This document shows positions 20,773 through 30,695 of a DNA stretch of 57,133 nt, piece after piece (the first letter of the stretch is position 1; every line of letters starts with the position of its first letter). The translations under genes and the position numbers were made by a program. A model generated the notes under the pieces. The model was not told the DNA's origin. It searched no databases and saw nothing but the letters and a program-made list of their open reading frames with translations. The stretch is from Sphingobacteriales bacterium (lineage in GTDB: Bacteria; Bacteroidota; Bacteroidia; Sphingobacteriales; Sphingobacteriaceae), in contig CANNIS010000001.1 of assembly GCA_947505035.1 (NCBI GenBank), positions 1 to 57,133 of the forward strand, given 5' to 3'.

Positions 20773-20773
20773 G

Positions 20774-21661
20774 TTAGTTTAGGTAAAATTTGTTTGCGTT
20801 TAATTTTTCTGGTATATTTTTATCTTCAATAATATTTTTAATATTGATTTCAATCGTTCTTGCAATAGCGGTAACAGCCGTGTCTGTAGGTCTGTTTTCA
20901 AATGGATCTTGCATGTGTGTCGCCGATTTTTCTAATAAAAAGAATGCGGCAGACAATACCAGTAATAATGGAATTTCAAAAATGCTTTCAATATTTTTAA
21001 GTGAAATAGAAAGGGTAATGGTAAATAAATAAATCATCAGGTGTAAGAATATGCGGTAGGTAACGGGGAATACCGTGCTTTTAATTCGCTCTGCTTTCCC
21101 CATTGCATCTACTAGTCTTACCAATGTATTATCTAACTGTACTTCTGAAAATTGATTTATTTTTTCCCCATTTTTAAATTGTTTTAAATCTTTATAGTGA
21201 TGTTGAATAATGGCTAAAGGTTTATTGCTTTGTTTGTTTATTTCTTCGATTTCAATTTCGTTTAAATATTTTTTTAAAGTTTCTTTAGAATCCAAACCTC
21301 TTAAACTCTCGCCTAATGCATAGCACCAAGCAATTTGACGGTAAGCTATTTTGTTGATGTTTTCGTTGTCTGGTAAATACTGTTTAAACTGTAGTATTAA
21401 GGAGCGAGAGTCGTTCACAATACTTCCCCAAATTTTTCTTGCTTCCCACCAGCGGTCATAAGATTGATTGAGTTTAAATGAAATTAAAATTGAAATGGAG
21501 GTGCCAATAAATGCAGGAATAGTTAAAGGCATTTCTGGAATACTGTTTTGGAAAATATGGGTGATATAGTATACTATAACAGCTATAATCAACACATAGA
21601 ATAGCTCAAGCTTTACTTTGTTGAACAAGTATTTTAATGGAATTGCACTATTGATGATCAT
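20774..21661 (-). CDS. Bestrophin-like (UPF0187/YneE family) anion channel
   Basis: YDRWWEARKIWGSIVNDSRSL motif and 4 TM helices; its stop is 1 nt from the carbonic anhydrase ATG. Confidence 0.75.
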   Translation of the reverse strand: MIINSAIPLKYLFNKVKLELFYVLIIAVIVYYITHIFQNSIPEMPLTIPAFIGTSISILISFKLNQSYDRWWEARKIWGSIVNDSRSLILQFKQYLPDNENINKIAYRQIAWCYALGESLRGLDSKETLKKYLNEIEIEEINKQSNKPLAIIQHHYKDLKQFKNGEKINQFSEVQLDNTLVRLVDAMGKAERIKSTVFPVTYRIFLHLMIYLFTITLSISLKNIESIFEIPLLLVLSAAFFLLEKSATHMQDPFENRPTDTAVTAIARTIEINIKNIIEDKNIPEKLNANKFYLN

Positions 21662-21686
21662 GTTGCTTAAATATTATTCACAAATA

Positions 21687-21718
21687 TAATAATACTATAT
21701 TAAATAATAGTATTACTA
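21687..21718. promoter_or_regulatory. Candidate TetR operator: inverted repeat TAATAATACTAT-N8-ATAGTATTACTA
   Basis: 12-bp arms with 1 mismatch (perfect core AATACTAT/ATAGTATT) in the 141-bp divergent region between the bestrophin and TetR genes. Confidence 0.35.
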
Positions 21719-21802
21719 TTGTAAATAATTGTAAAAATATGTGTAATGATATCGTTACTATTTTGGTTATATTTGATAAATTTAAAGAAAAATTAGGCTT
21801 TT

Positions 21803-22474
21803 ATGGACTTCCAGCTACGATTTAAGGTAAATGATTATATTTATTTGAGAGACCCAGAAAGCTCTGAAATTGGAAAAGCCATCGTAAAAAGTGCCATAGA
21901 TTTAATCTATACACTAGGGTTTGAACATTTTACTTTCAAAAAATTAGCCACAGAAATGGGCACAACCGAAGCAACTATTTACCGTTATTTCGAAAACAAG
22001 CACCGTTTATTGCTCTATATTTTAAATTGGTATTGGTCTTATATGTCTTTTTTAGTTGATTATCAATTAAAAAATATCAAAGAGCCAAAGCAGCAATTAA
22101 AAGCAATTATTCATTTATTAACACATGAGCTACCCGATAGTGCTGGAGATTTAGTGTATAATAAAAAATGGTTGAATCAAATTGTAATTTCTGAAAGCAG
22201 TAAAGTTTATTTGGTAAAAGAAGTTAAAGAGATTAATAAAGCAGAAGTTTTTCTGCCTTATAAAGAATTATGCGCTAGCATTGCTGCAATTATTGAATTA
22301 TACAATCCTAAATATAAATACCCTAAATCACTTACCAGTACTATCATTGAGGCCTCCCATCATGAACAGTTCTTCATTGATTATTTGCCTAGGTTAACTG
22401 ATGTACAAGCAAAAAACAAATCTGAATTTGTTGCCAATTTTTTAGAAGATATGTTATTTAAAGCTTTAGCATAA
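21803..22474 (+). CDS. TetR/AcrR-family transcriptional regulator
   Basis: N-terminal HTH FTFKKLATEMGTTEATIYRYFENKHRLL and a helical C-terminal ligand domain. Confidence 0.8.
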   Translation: MDFQLRFKVNDYIYLRDPESSEIGKAIVKSAIDLIYTLGFEHFTFKKLATEMGTTEATIYRYFENKHRLLLYILNWYWSYMSFLVDYQLKNIKEPKQQLKAIIHLLTHELPDSAGDLVYNKKWLNQIVISESSKVYLVKEVKEINKAEVFLPYKELCASIAAIIELYNPKYKYPKSLTSTIIEASHHEQFFIDYLPRLTDVQAKNKSEFVANFLEDMLFKALA

Positions 22475-22507
22475 AAAAAGGCTTCGAACAATCGAAGCCT
22501 TTTTTTA
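22474..22507. terminator. Bidirectional terminator between the TetR gene and the rhodanese-thioredoxin gene
   Basis: AAAAAGGCTTCG-AACAA-TCGAAGCCTTTTT. Confidence 0.6.
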
Positions 22508-22520
22508 TGCGGAGGATAAT

Positions 22521-23228
22521 TTATTTTAATTGTTTTAAAACAGTTTCCTTATCTACAAAACCCATTTGATTCCATTTTAATTGACCAGCTTTGTAAACTT
22601 GTAAAACGGGAAGGGCATCTATTTTTAATGATTTACAAAGGGATTGATTGTCGTCTGCGTTGATTCTAACCAAAATAACATTAGCACTCATTTCTTTCTC
22701 AATTTCTAAAAGGTAAGGTTTCATTTTCTTACAAGGTGCACACCAATCTGCATAAAAATCTACTAAAACAATTTTATCCGATTGGGTGAGTTGTTGAAAA
22801 TCTGCTACACTTATGCCGGTATTTTGGAACGTAGCCTCGGTGGTTTCTGGCAGATTTGCACCGCGCCATTTCATAATTCCGCCGTTTAGCTCAATTACAT
22901 TTTTAAACCCAGCTGATCGAAGTTGCGCTGCTGCTGCAGCACTTCTGCCGCCGCTTAAACAATATACAAATACACTTACCTCTTTATTTAAACTGCTTAC
23001 TTGTTTGTCGAATTCGTTTCCATTCCAATCAAAGTTAAGGGCATTAATTATATGTCCTTTTGCAAATTCTTCTGGTGTTCTTACATCTATTAATTGTGAT
23101 TGATTGCTAGCTTTTACAAGCTCATTAAATGCATTGGCATCTACATTTGTTTTGGTATTTTGGCCATTGCTACAGTTGATAAAAAACAATAGCGATAGTG
23201 CTAAAATACCGATGTTTAGTTTTTTCAT
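22521..23228 (-). CDS. Exported rhodanese-thioredoxin fusion lipoprotein
   Basis: Signal peptide with Cys (LSLLFFINC), rhodanese active-site loop CLSGGRS, and C-terminal thioredoxin fold with WCAPC. Confidence 0.8.
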   Translation of the reverse strand: MKKLNIGILALSLLFFINCSNGQNTKTNVDANAFNELVKASNQSQLIDVRTPEEFAKGHIINALNFDWNGNEFDKQVSSLNKEVSVFVYCLSGGRSAAAAAQLRSAGFKNVIELNGGIMKWRGANLPETTEATFQNTGISVADFQQLTQSDKIVLVDFYADWCAPCKKMKPYLLEIEKEMSANVILVRINADDNQSLCKSLKIDALPVLQVYKAGQLKWNQMGFVDKETVLKQLK

Positions 23229-23277
23229 TTATGCGATTTTAATAATTGGTGTTAATTTACGGTAGATTTTATAGAAT

Positions 23278-23592
23278 TTAAATTTTATTTCTTAGCGAAT
23301 ACCATGAGCCGCCATTGTGCACATTAGCGTAGCCATTTGAAATTAATAATCTTTTAGCAGCGCCACTTCGAGCACCAGATGCGCAACAGGTAATAATTGC
23401 TTTTTCTTTGTTTTTGAATTTGCCTAAATTTGCAGCTAATTGATTTACCGGAATATTGGAAGATCCTTTAATGTGTCCGCCGGCAAATTCGCCTTTGGTT
23501 CTCACATCAATAATTACCGCACCATTTTCTATTAATTCTTTGTAATTAACAGCTTGGCCAAATCCTAATAGTTTTTTAATAAAATCGATCAT
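23278..23592 (-). CDS. Single-domain rhodanese (sulfurtransferase), cytoplasmic
   Basis: 104 aa, active-site loop CASGARS, no signal peptide. Confidence 0.85.
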   Translation of the reverse strand: MIDFIKKLLGFGQAVNYKELIENGAVIIDVRTKGEFAGGHIKGSSNIPVNQLAANLGKFKNKEKAIITCCASGARSGAAKRLLISNGYANVHNGGSWYSLRNKI

Positions 23593-23594
23593 AA

Positions 23595-23864
23595 TTAATT
23601 ACTCATTCTTCCAACAATGCAACTGCCATAACTTTTTAATTGCATTAATAGACCATTTTTTTCGGTTGCTTCGGGGTAACCGAGTTTGTGCAGTTTATCG
23701 ATGATTACTTTTCTTTCTATTTGATCATAGGTAATATCGATTGCATCGTGATCAACATCTACCTTAACTGCACTTACACCTGCAATTCCACTTAATTCTT
23801 TGTTAATGGTAGCAGCGCAACCACTACATTTTAAATTTGCGATAATAATTTTTTCGTTTGTCAT
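23595..23864 (-). CDS. Heavy-metal-associated (HMA) domain protein
   Basis: Ferredoxin-like HMA fold with an N-terminal LKCSGCA metal-binding motif and an extra C-terminal Cys (SYGSCIVG). ATGA overlap with the upstream miniprotein gene. Confidence 0.75.
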   Translation of the reverse strand: MTNEKIIIANLKCSGCAATINKELSGIAGVSAVKVDVDHDAIDITYDQIERKVIIDKLHKLGYPEATEKNGLLMQLKSYGSCIVGRMSN

Positions 23865-24052
23865 TTTTCGTTTTTTAAAGAAGTAAAAGCTAAGCCGCCC
23901 ATTAAGGCACCATATGCTGTACTATTAATTGGACTCGAAGTAATGGCGCAAGTGCCAGTACTACATCCCACAAAATAATAATATAGAAAGCCTAATAGTG
24001 CGCCAAATGCGGCGCCTAAAATGCCTAGTTTATATTTTTTAAGTAAATGCAT
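23861..24052 (-). CDS. 63-aa two-TM miniprotein with an inter-helix CSTGTC motif
   Basis: ATG at 24052. Two Gly-rich TM helices flank GCSTGTCAITSSP, both termini are Lys-rich, and the gene is translationally coupled to the HMA gene. Confidence 0.55.
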   Translation of the reverse strand: MHLLKKYKLGILGAAFGALLGFLYYYFVGCSTGTCAITSSPINSTAYGALMGGLAFTSLKNEK

Positions 24053-24071
24053 ATAATTCGCTTTGCTAATA

Positions 24072-24079
24072 CAAAGGTA
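24072..24079 (-). promoter_or_regulatory. Candidate Bacteroidota -7 promoter box (TACCTTTG on the minus strand) for the miniprotein-HMA-rhodanese operon
   Basis: Matches TAnnTTTG, 20 nt upstream of the ATG at 24052. Confidence 0.3.
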
Positions 24080-24111
24080 AATATGCTTTAAGCTGAATAT
24101 TGCAACATTTG

Positions 24112-24723
24112 TTACAGAAGGGTAATATTATTTCTGCCCAATTCGATTAGTTTTATATCTTCCATGTGTTTTAAAAGCCTGGAGATGACTACCCTAGCGG
24201 AGCCTAGTTCTTGGGCAATTTGTTCATGAGTAATATGAATGGTTTTTTTATCACTTAATTCGCATTTCTTTTTTAGAAAATCGAGCAATCTTTCGTCCAT
24301 TTTTTTAAAAGCAACATCATTTATTACCGCTAATAATTCTTCGAATTTTTTATGGTATAATCTGAAAATATATTCAGTCCATTCCGGAAATTCTTTGATC
24401 ATTTCTCTAACCTTATCTACCGGAACAAATAATACTTCGGCGGCTTCTTCGGCAATGGCTTTTACCTTACTAGTGTCATCGTGTAAGCCACCTAAAAAAG
24501 ACATAATACAACTTTCGCCAGATTTAATATAATACAATAATAATTCTCTGCCATCATCGTCGGTTCGCATCACGCGCATGCTACCACTAATAACAATTGG
24601 AACAGATTTGATATAGGCGTTTTCATTTAAAATAACATCACCTTCTTTAAAACTTTTTTGCTTACCATATTCAAATAGTTTTGATAACATTTTTGCAGAT
24701 GGTTGAAAGGTATTATTTTCCAT
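24112..24723 (-). CDS. Crp/Fnr-family transcriptional regulator (no FNR-type N-terminal Cys cluster)
   Basis: cNMP-binding beta-roll (GDVILNE...GESCIMSFLGG) and C-terminal HTH THEQIAQELGSARVVISRLLKHME. Confidence 0.85.
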   Translation of the reverse strand: MENNTFQPSAKMLSKLFEYGKQKSFKEGDVILNENAYIKSVPIVISGSMRVMRTDDDGRELLLYYIKSGESCIMSFLGGLHDDTSKVKAIAEEAAEVLFVPVDKVREMIKEFPEWTEYIFRLYHKKFEELLAVINDVAFKKMDERLLDFLKKKCELSDKKTIHITHEQIAQELGSARVVISRLLKHMEDIKLIELGRNNITLL

Positions 24724-24725
24724 TT

Positions 24726-25748
24726 TTATTCTTTAATAAATTTATTTCTGGTAATAAATTTTTCGGTACTTAAATTAATTAGATATAATCCATTCGGTAG
24801 AAAGTCAATTTGGATAGGTGTTTCGGGGTAGGTAGCTGCACAGCTATACACTTCTTTCCCACTAATATCTGTGATACTAATAATTCCATTTTCAAATTCA
24901 GCTGTAGCTTTAACAATTGCATGATTGACAATTGGATTTGGGTAAATCGCTAATTTATTAGTTGAATAAATGTCGGTGCTCATGATAGTTGATTTTTGAT
25001 AAACCCTTACATAATCTACCATTAGGGTGTCTGGAAAACTAGTTTGTGCATTTGGGCTACCTGGCCAATTACCGCCTATTGCTAAATTTAGTATGAGGTA
25101 AAAAGGTTTATGAAATTCTTCTGTATTGTTGATGTTATTGTAGGTATAACCTTCTTTGAATTTTACACCATCTACAAACCATTTGATCATTGTATTATCC
25201 CATTCAATTCCATAAACATGAAATTGGCTAGCATCGCATTTTTTGGTACCTCCAAAGCTTTGATGACCATTGTTATCCCAGTGCATAGTTCCATGTATAA
25301 CGCTATCTGAATTGATGTGTTCCATGATATCTATTTCTCCGCATTTTGGCCAACCAATTTGCCAAATATTTTGCCCTAACATCCAAAAGGCTGGCCACAT
25401 TCCTTGTCCTATAGGTACTTTTATATTTGCTTCAATTTTACCATAAGTACAAGTAAACTGTTGGTCTGTTGTGATACTTGCAGAGGTATAATTCGAACCT
25501 TTATAGCTTTCTTTTTTACCAATAATATGAAGCTGCCCATTAGACACCCAATTGTTTTCGATTCTATTTTTGGTATAATATTGTAACTCGTTATTTCGAA
25601 TCAATCCAACTTCGTTGGTCCATTTAGAGCTATCGGGTAAACCAGTATAGTTAAATTCTTCCGCCCATATCATTTGCCAGTTTTGAGCAAAAGTTGGCAA
25701 ACTGATAAAGATTAATAAGCAAGAAAATAAGTGCGTTTTTAATTTCAT
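24726..25748 (-). CDS. Glycoside hydrolase family 16 (beta-glucanase/laminarinase-like) with a T9SS C-terminal sorting domain
   Basis: Signal peptide, GH16 catalytic motif EIDIME, and a C-terminal ~80 aa (LAIYPNPIVNHAIV...NGLYLINL...) typical of Por secretion tails. Confidence 0.85.
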   Translation of the reverse strand: MKLKTHLFSCLLIFISLPTFAQNWQMIWAEEFNYTGLPDSSKWTNEVGLIRNNELQYYTKNRIENNWVSNGQLHIIGKKESYKGSNYTSASITTDQQFTCTYGKIEANIKVPIGQGMWPAFWMLGQNIWQIGWPKCGEIDIMEHINSDSVIHGTMHWDNNGHQSFGGTKKCDASQFHVYGIEWDNTMIKWFVDGVKFKEGYTYNNINNTEEFHKPFYLILNLAIGGNWPGSPNAQTSFPDTLMVDYVRVYQKSTIMSTDIYSTNKLAIYPNPIVNHAIVKATAEFENGIISITDISGKEVYSCAATYPETPIQIDFLPNGLYLINLSTEKFITRNKFIKE

Positions 25749-25810
25749 TTTTTAAATTTAGCTAAATCTTCTTTGGAATGCATTTTAGCAAGCATAAAAT
25801 TAATAATTGC

Positions 25811-25840
25811 AAAAAAAAAGCCCTTCTGTGAAGAAGAGCT
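25811..25840 (-). terminator. Rho-independent terminator after tRNA-Arg
   Basis: On the minus strand: AGCTCTTCT-TCAC-AGAAGGGCT followed by a T9 run. Confidence 0.55.
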
Positions 25841-25846
25841 TTCAAG

Positions 25847-25920
25847 TGCACTTGTAGGGATTCGAACCCCAAACCTTCTCATCCGTAGTGAGATGCTCTA
25901 TCCAATTGAGCTACAAATGC
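25847..25920 (-). tRNA. tRNA-Arg (anticodon ACG), CCA not encoded
   Basis: Reverse complement GCATTTGTAGCTCAATTGGATAGAGCATCTCACTACGGATGAGAAGGTTTGGGGTTCGAATCCCTACAAGTGCA, with anticodon loop CTACGGA and T-loop GTTCGAATC. Confidence 0.9.
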
Positions 25921-25956
25921 ATTTCCTCCGGTAGGTTAAACCTATCCTTCGGGTTG

Positions 25957-25964
25957 CAAATATA
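25957..25964 (-). promoter_or_regulatory. Candidate -7 box (TATATTTG on the minus strand) upstream of tRNA-Arg
   Basis: Matches TAnnTTTG, 36 nt upstream of the mature tRNA 5' end. Confidence 0.3.
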
Positions 25965-26013
25965 ACCAACCAAATCTAATTTCAAGGAAATTTTTATCAA
26001 AAAAGCCTAAAAT

Positions 26014-26484
26014 TTAAGCTATTTGAGCAACACAAGCTTTAATGGCTTCGAAATTTGGCAAATCGCCAGCGCTTTCTAAAACCTCTGCATATTGTACTAA
26101 TCCGTTTGAATCAATTACAAATGCCGCTCTTTTTGAAACACCGTTCATATTTAAAATCCAGCTTTCATAAATAGCATCGTATGCCTTAGACACTTCTTTA
26201 TTAAAGTCTGACAATAAACTGAAATTGTAATTTTGCTCTTCTTTGAATTTACCTAAAGAAAACACAGAATCTACCGAAATACCTAATACTACTGCGTTTA
26301 AGTCGGTATAGTAATTTAAGTTGTCGCGCATGGTGCAAAGTTGTGTTGTACACACACCTGTAAATGCTTGTGGGAAAAAGTGAATGATTACTTTTTTTCC
26401 TAAGAAATCAGTTAATGCAACTTCTTCTTTTTCTGAGTTGAATAATTTAAAAGCAGGAGCTGCTTGTCCAATTGTTAGAGCCAT
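26014..26484 (-). CDS. Peroxiredoxin (Bcp/PrxQ-like, C-x4-C)
   Basis: AhpC/TSA fold with FPQAFTGVCTTQLC. Confidence 0.85.
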   Translation of the reverse strand: MALTIGQAAPAFKLFNSEKEEVALTDFLGKKVIIHFFPQAFTGVCTTQLCTMRDNLNYYTDLNAVVLGISVDSVFSLGKFKEEQNYNFSLLSDFNKEVSKAYDAIYESWILNMNGVSKRAAFVIDSNGLVQYAEVLESAGDLPNFEAIKACVAQIA

Positions 26485-26507
26485 AATTTATATATATTAT
26501 TTTCTAG

Positions 26508-27419
26508 TTAAACATTTTTTTCGTCTAATTGTTTTTGAATAAGGGCTAAGCCTTCTTCAAAAGTATGTGGTTTGTAATCCAATTCTTTGATCGCTTTATC
26601 TAATACAAAACCAGTTCTGGGCGGCCTTTTAGCTGCTTGATTTAAGGTGTTAGAAGAAATACTTTTGATATTTTCTTTTGATAGTTGATAGTAATCTGCA
26701 ATTCTATTTACCATTTCGAATATGCTCATATAGTCTTTGCCCGAAACATTGTAAGCGCCTTGCGCTTTTTTTATTCCAGCCGAAATACAAGCGGATGCTA
26801 GGTCTTCGGCTAAAGTTGGCATTCTAAATTGATCATCTACAATCGAAATATTTTCTCCTTTTTCTAACACAGATTTTGCCCAAAGCACAATGTTATTCCT
26901 ACTCATTTGAGACGCTACACCATATACAATGATGGTTCTGATAATGCTATAAGAAATACCCGAATTTTCAATGAGTTTTTCTGCGGCTAGTTTTGATTCG
27001 CCATAATAACTCAATGGATTTGGAGTAGCTGTTTCGTTGTAGGGCCCATCTTCTCCATCATAAATAAAATCGGTAGATAAATGCACTAAATGAAATGGAT
27101 TGATTTTGCTAGCCTCTATTAAATGAGCTACTGCATTTACATTCAAATCCCAACAGCCCGTTCGATCCGATTCGCAGGTATCGACATTAGTCATTGCCGC
27201 GGTATGAATGACTATATCAGGTTTGGTATTGGCCAATAAAGTTAAGATGGCCGATCGGTTGCAAATATCCATTGGAAAATAAGTATAGCCCGAAGTATTA
27301 GGGTATCTATCTTCGCCTTTAGATGTATTAATTAATTGAATATCAGGGTTGAGGCGTAATTGGTCACTTAGTTTTTGACCCAACAATCCGTTACTCCCGG
27401 TTACCAAAATTTTTATCAT
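26508..27419 (-). CDS. NAD(P)-dependent SDR, RmlD (dTDP-4-dehydrorhamnose reductase)-like
   Basis: Rossmann motif ILVTGSNGLLG, catalytic YGESK, ~300 aa RmlD-like length. The substrate cannot be assigned. Confidence 0.65.
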   Translation of the reverse strand: MIKILVTGSNGLLGQKLSDQLRLNPDIQLINTSKGEDRYPNTSGYTYFPMDICNRSAILTLLANTKPDIVIHTAAMTNVDTCESDRTGCWDLNVNAVAHLIEASKINPFHLVHLSTDFIYDGEDGPYNETATPNPLSYYGESKLAAEKLIENSGISYSIIRTIIVYGVASQMSRNNIVLWAKSVLEKGENISIVDDQFRMPTLAEDLASACISAGIKKAQGAYNVSGKDYMSIFEMVNRIADYYQLSKENIKSISSNTLNQAAKRPPRTGFVLDKAIKELDYKPHTFEEGLALIQKQLDEKNV

Positions 27420-27504
27420 AATGCGAAAGTAATAATTCGTTTTATAAACTTATGAATCTTATCTATATTCGCATCAGAATTTCTGAACAAATAAAAATCT
27501 TCAT

Positions 27505-28443
27505 ATGAAAATAACGGTAGTTGGAGCTGGAGCAGTAGGGGCAACCTGTGCAGACAACATAGCTCGTAAAGAATTAGCAAAAGAATTGGTTTTATTAGAC
27601 ATCAAAGAAGGATTTGCCGAAGGTAAAGCCATGGATATGATGCAAACAGCAGCATTGCTTGGTTTCGATACCAATATTATTGGTTGTACCAACGATTATG
27701 CAAAAACTGCGGGAACAGATGTTGCGGTTATTACATCTGGTATTCCTAGAAAACCAGGTATGACGCGCGAAGAATTAATTGGCATCAATGCAGGAATTGT
27801 AAAAGGCGTTACCGAAAATATTTTAAAGCATTCTCCAAATGCCATCATTGTGGTTATTTCTAATCCAATGGATACCATGACATATCTTGCTTTAAAATCG
27901 AGCGGCATTCCTAAGAATAGAATTATTGGAATGGGTGGAATTTTAGACAGTGCAAGATTCAAGTATTATTTAAGTAAAGAATTAAATTGCTCTTCGAATG
28001 ATTTACATGGGGTAGTGGTTGGTGGTCATGGTGATACAACTATGATTCCATTAACTCGTTTAGCTACCTTAAATGGTTTAGCAATTAGTAATTTATTAAG
28101 CGAATCGGAATTAGAAAAAATTGCAGCAGATACCATGGTTGGTGGTGCTACCCTAACTGGTTTGTTAGGTACTTCGGCTTGGTACGCGCCAGGTGCAGCA
28201 GGAGCGGCATTGGTTGAAAGTATTATCCGTGATGAGAAAAAAGTATTCCCTTGTTGCGTTTCATTAGATGGAGAATACGGTCAATCAGATATTTGTTTAG
28301 GTGTACCAGTAGTGATTGGTAAAAACGGATGGGAAAAAATTATTGATTATAAATTAAACGAAACGGAACAAGCTGCATTTAATAAAAGTGCAGATGCCGT
28401 AAGAAATATGAATCAAGTTTTAGTAGAAATGAAATTAGTGTAA
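27505..28443 (+). CDS. mdh: Malate dehydrogenase (LDH-like MDH)
   Basis: KITVVGAGAVG, GIPRKPGMTR, GGHGDTM-like GGHGDTTM; 312 aa. Confidence 0.95.
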   Translation: MKITVVGAGAVGATCADNIARKELAKELVLLDIKEGFAEGKAMDMMQTAALLGFDTNIIGCTNDYAKTAGTDVAVITSGIPRKPGMTREELIGINAGIVKGVTENILKHSPNAIIVVISNPMDTMTYLALKSSGIPKNRIIGMGGILDSARFKYYLSKELNCSSNDLHGVVVGGHGDTTMIPLTRLATLNGLAISNLLSESELEKIAADTMVGGATLTGLLGTSAWYAPGAAGAALVESIIRDEKKVFPCCVSLDGEYGQSDICLGVPVVIGKNGWEKIIDYKLNETEQAAFNKSADAVRNMNQVLVEMKLV

Positions 28444-28465
28444 TTCATCTCGCTAAAAATTAATC

Positions 28466-28503
28466 AAAAAAAAATCAGCTAATTTATTAGCTGATTTTTT
28501 TTT
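28466..28503. terminator. Bidirectional terminator between convergent mdh and gyrB
   Basis: Perfect stem AAAAATCAGCTAAT-TT-ATTAGCTGATTTTT flanked by A/T runs. Confidence 0.65.
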
Positions 28504-28520
28504 GATTAAAAATATTTTAA

Positions 28521-30491
<1,971 letters not shown>

Positions 30492-30695
30492 TCAATGGTT
30501 TCAAAGATACTTTTTTTTGCCCGCAAATGGGAATGATTTTTGTCGATAAATCGAACTTTTTTTCAACATTTTGTGAAGTATTTAATTACCTTTGACGCTG
30601 GAAATTTTGATGTTTTGATTTATCGTTAAAAATCCTTTAAAATGCCCTATTTGAAAGGGTTTTTCCTGTTTCTAAATTTTTAAAAAAAAGTATAA

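Noticed and set aside
20273-20782. 169-aa plus-strand ORF overlapping the carbonic anhydrase gene; similar antisense ORFs at 19647..20021 (adk), 1196..1810 (korB), 3934..4233 (purT), 14193..14504 (gap) and 27696..27962 (mdh)
   Set aside because: Each lies entirely within a well-supported gene on the other strand, has low-complexity or odd composition, and shows no family motifs. These are typical shadow ORFs.
24112-24723. Idea that this Crp/Fnr regulator is the factor binding the TGAT-N4-ATCA palindrome upstream of the nos operon
   Set aside because: The protein lacks the FNR-type N-terminal Cys cluster. Its recognition helix (SARVVISR) lacks the Glu of the FNR E--SR motif. It sits 10 kb away, next to a different operon. 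No sequence evidence links the two.
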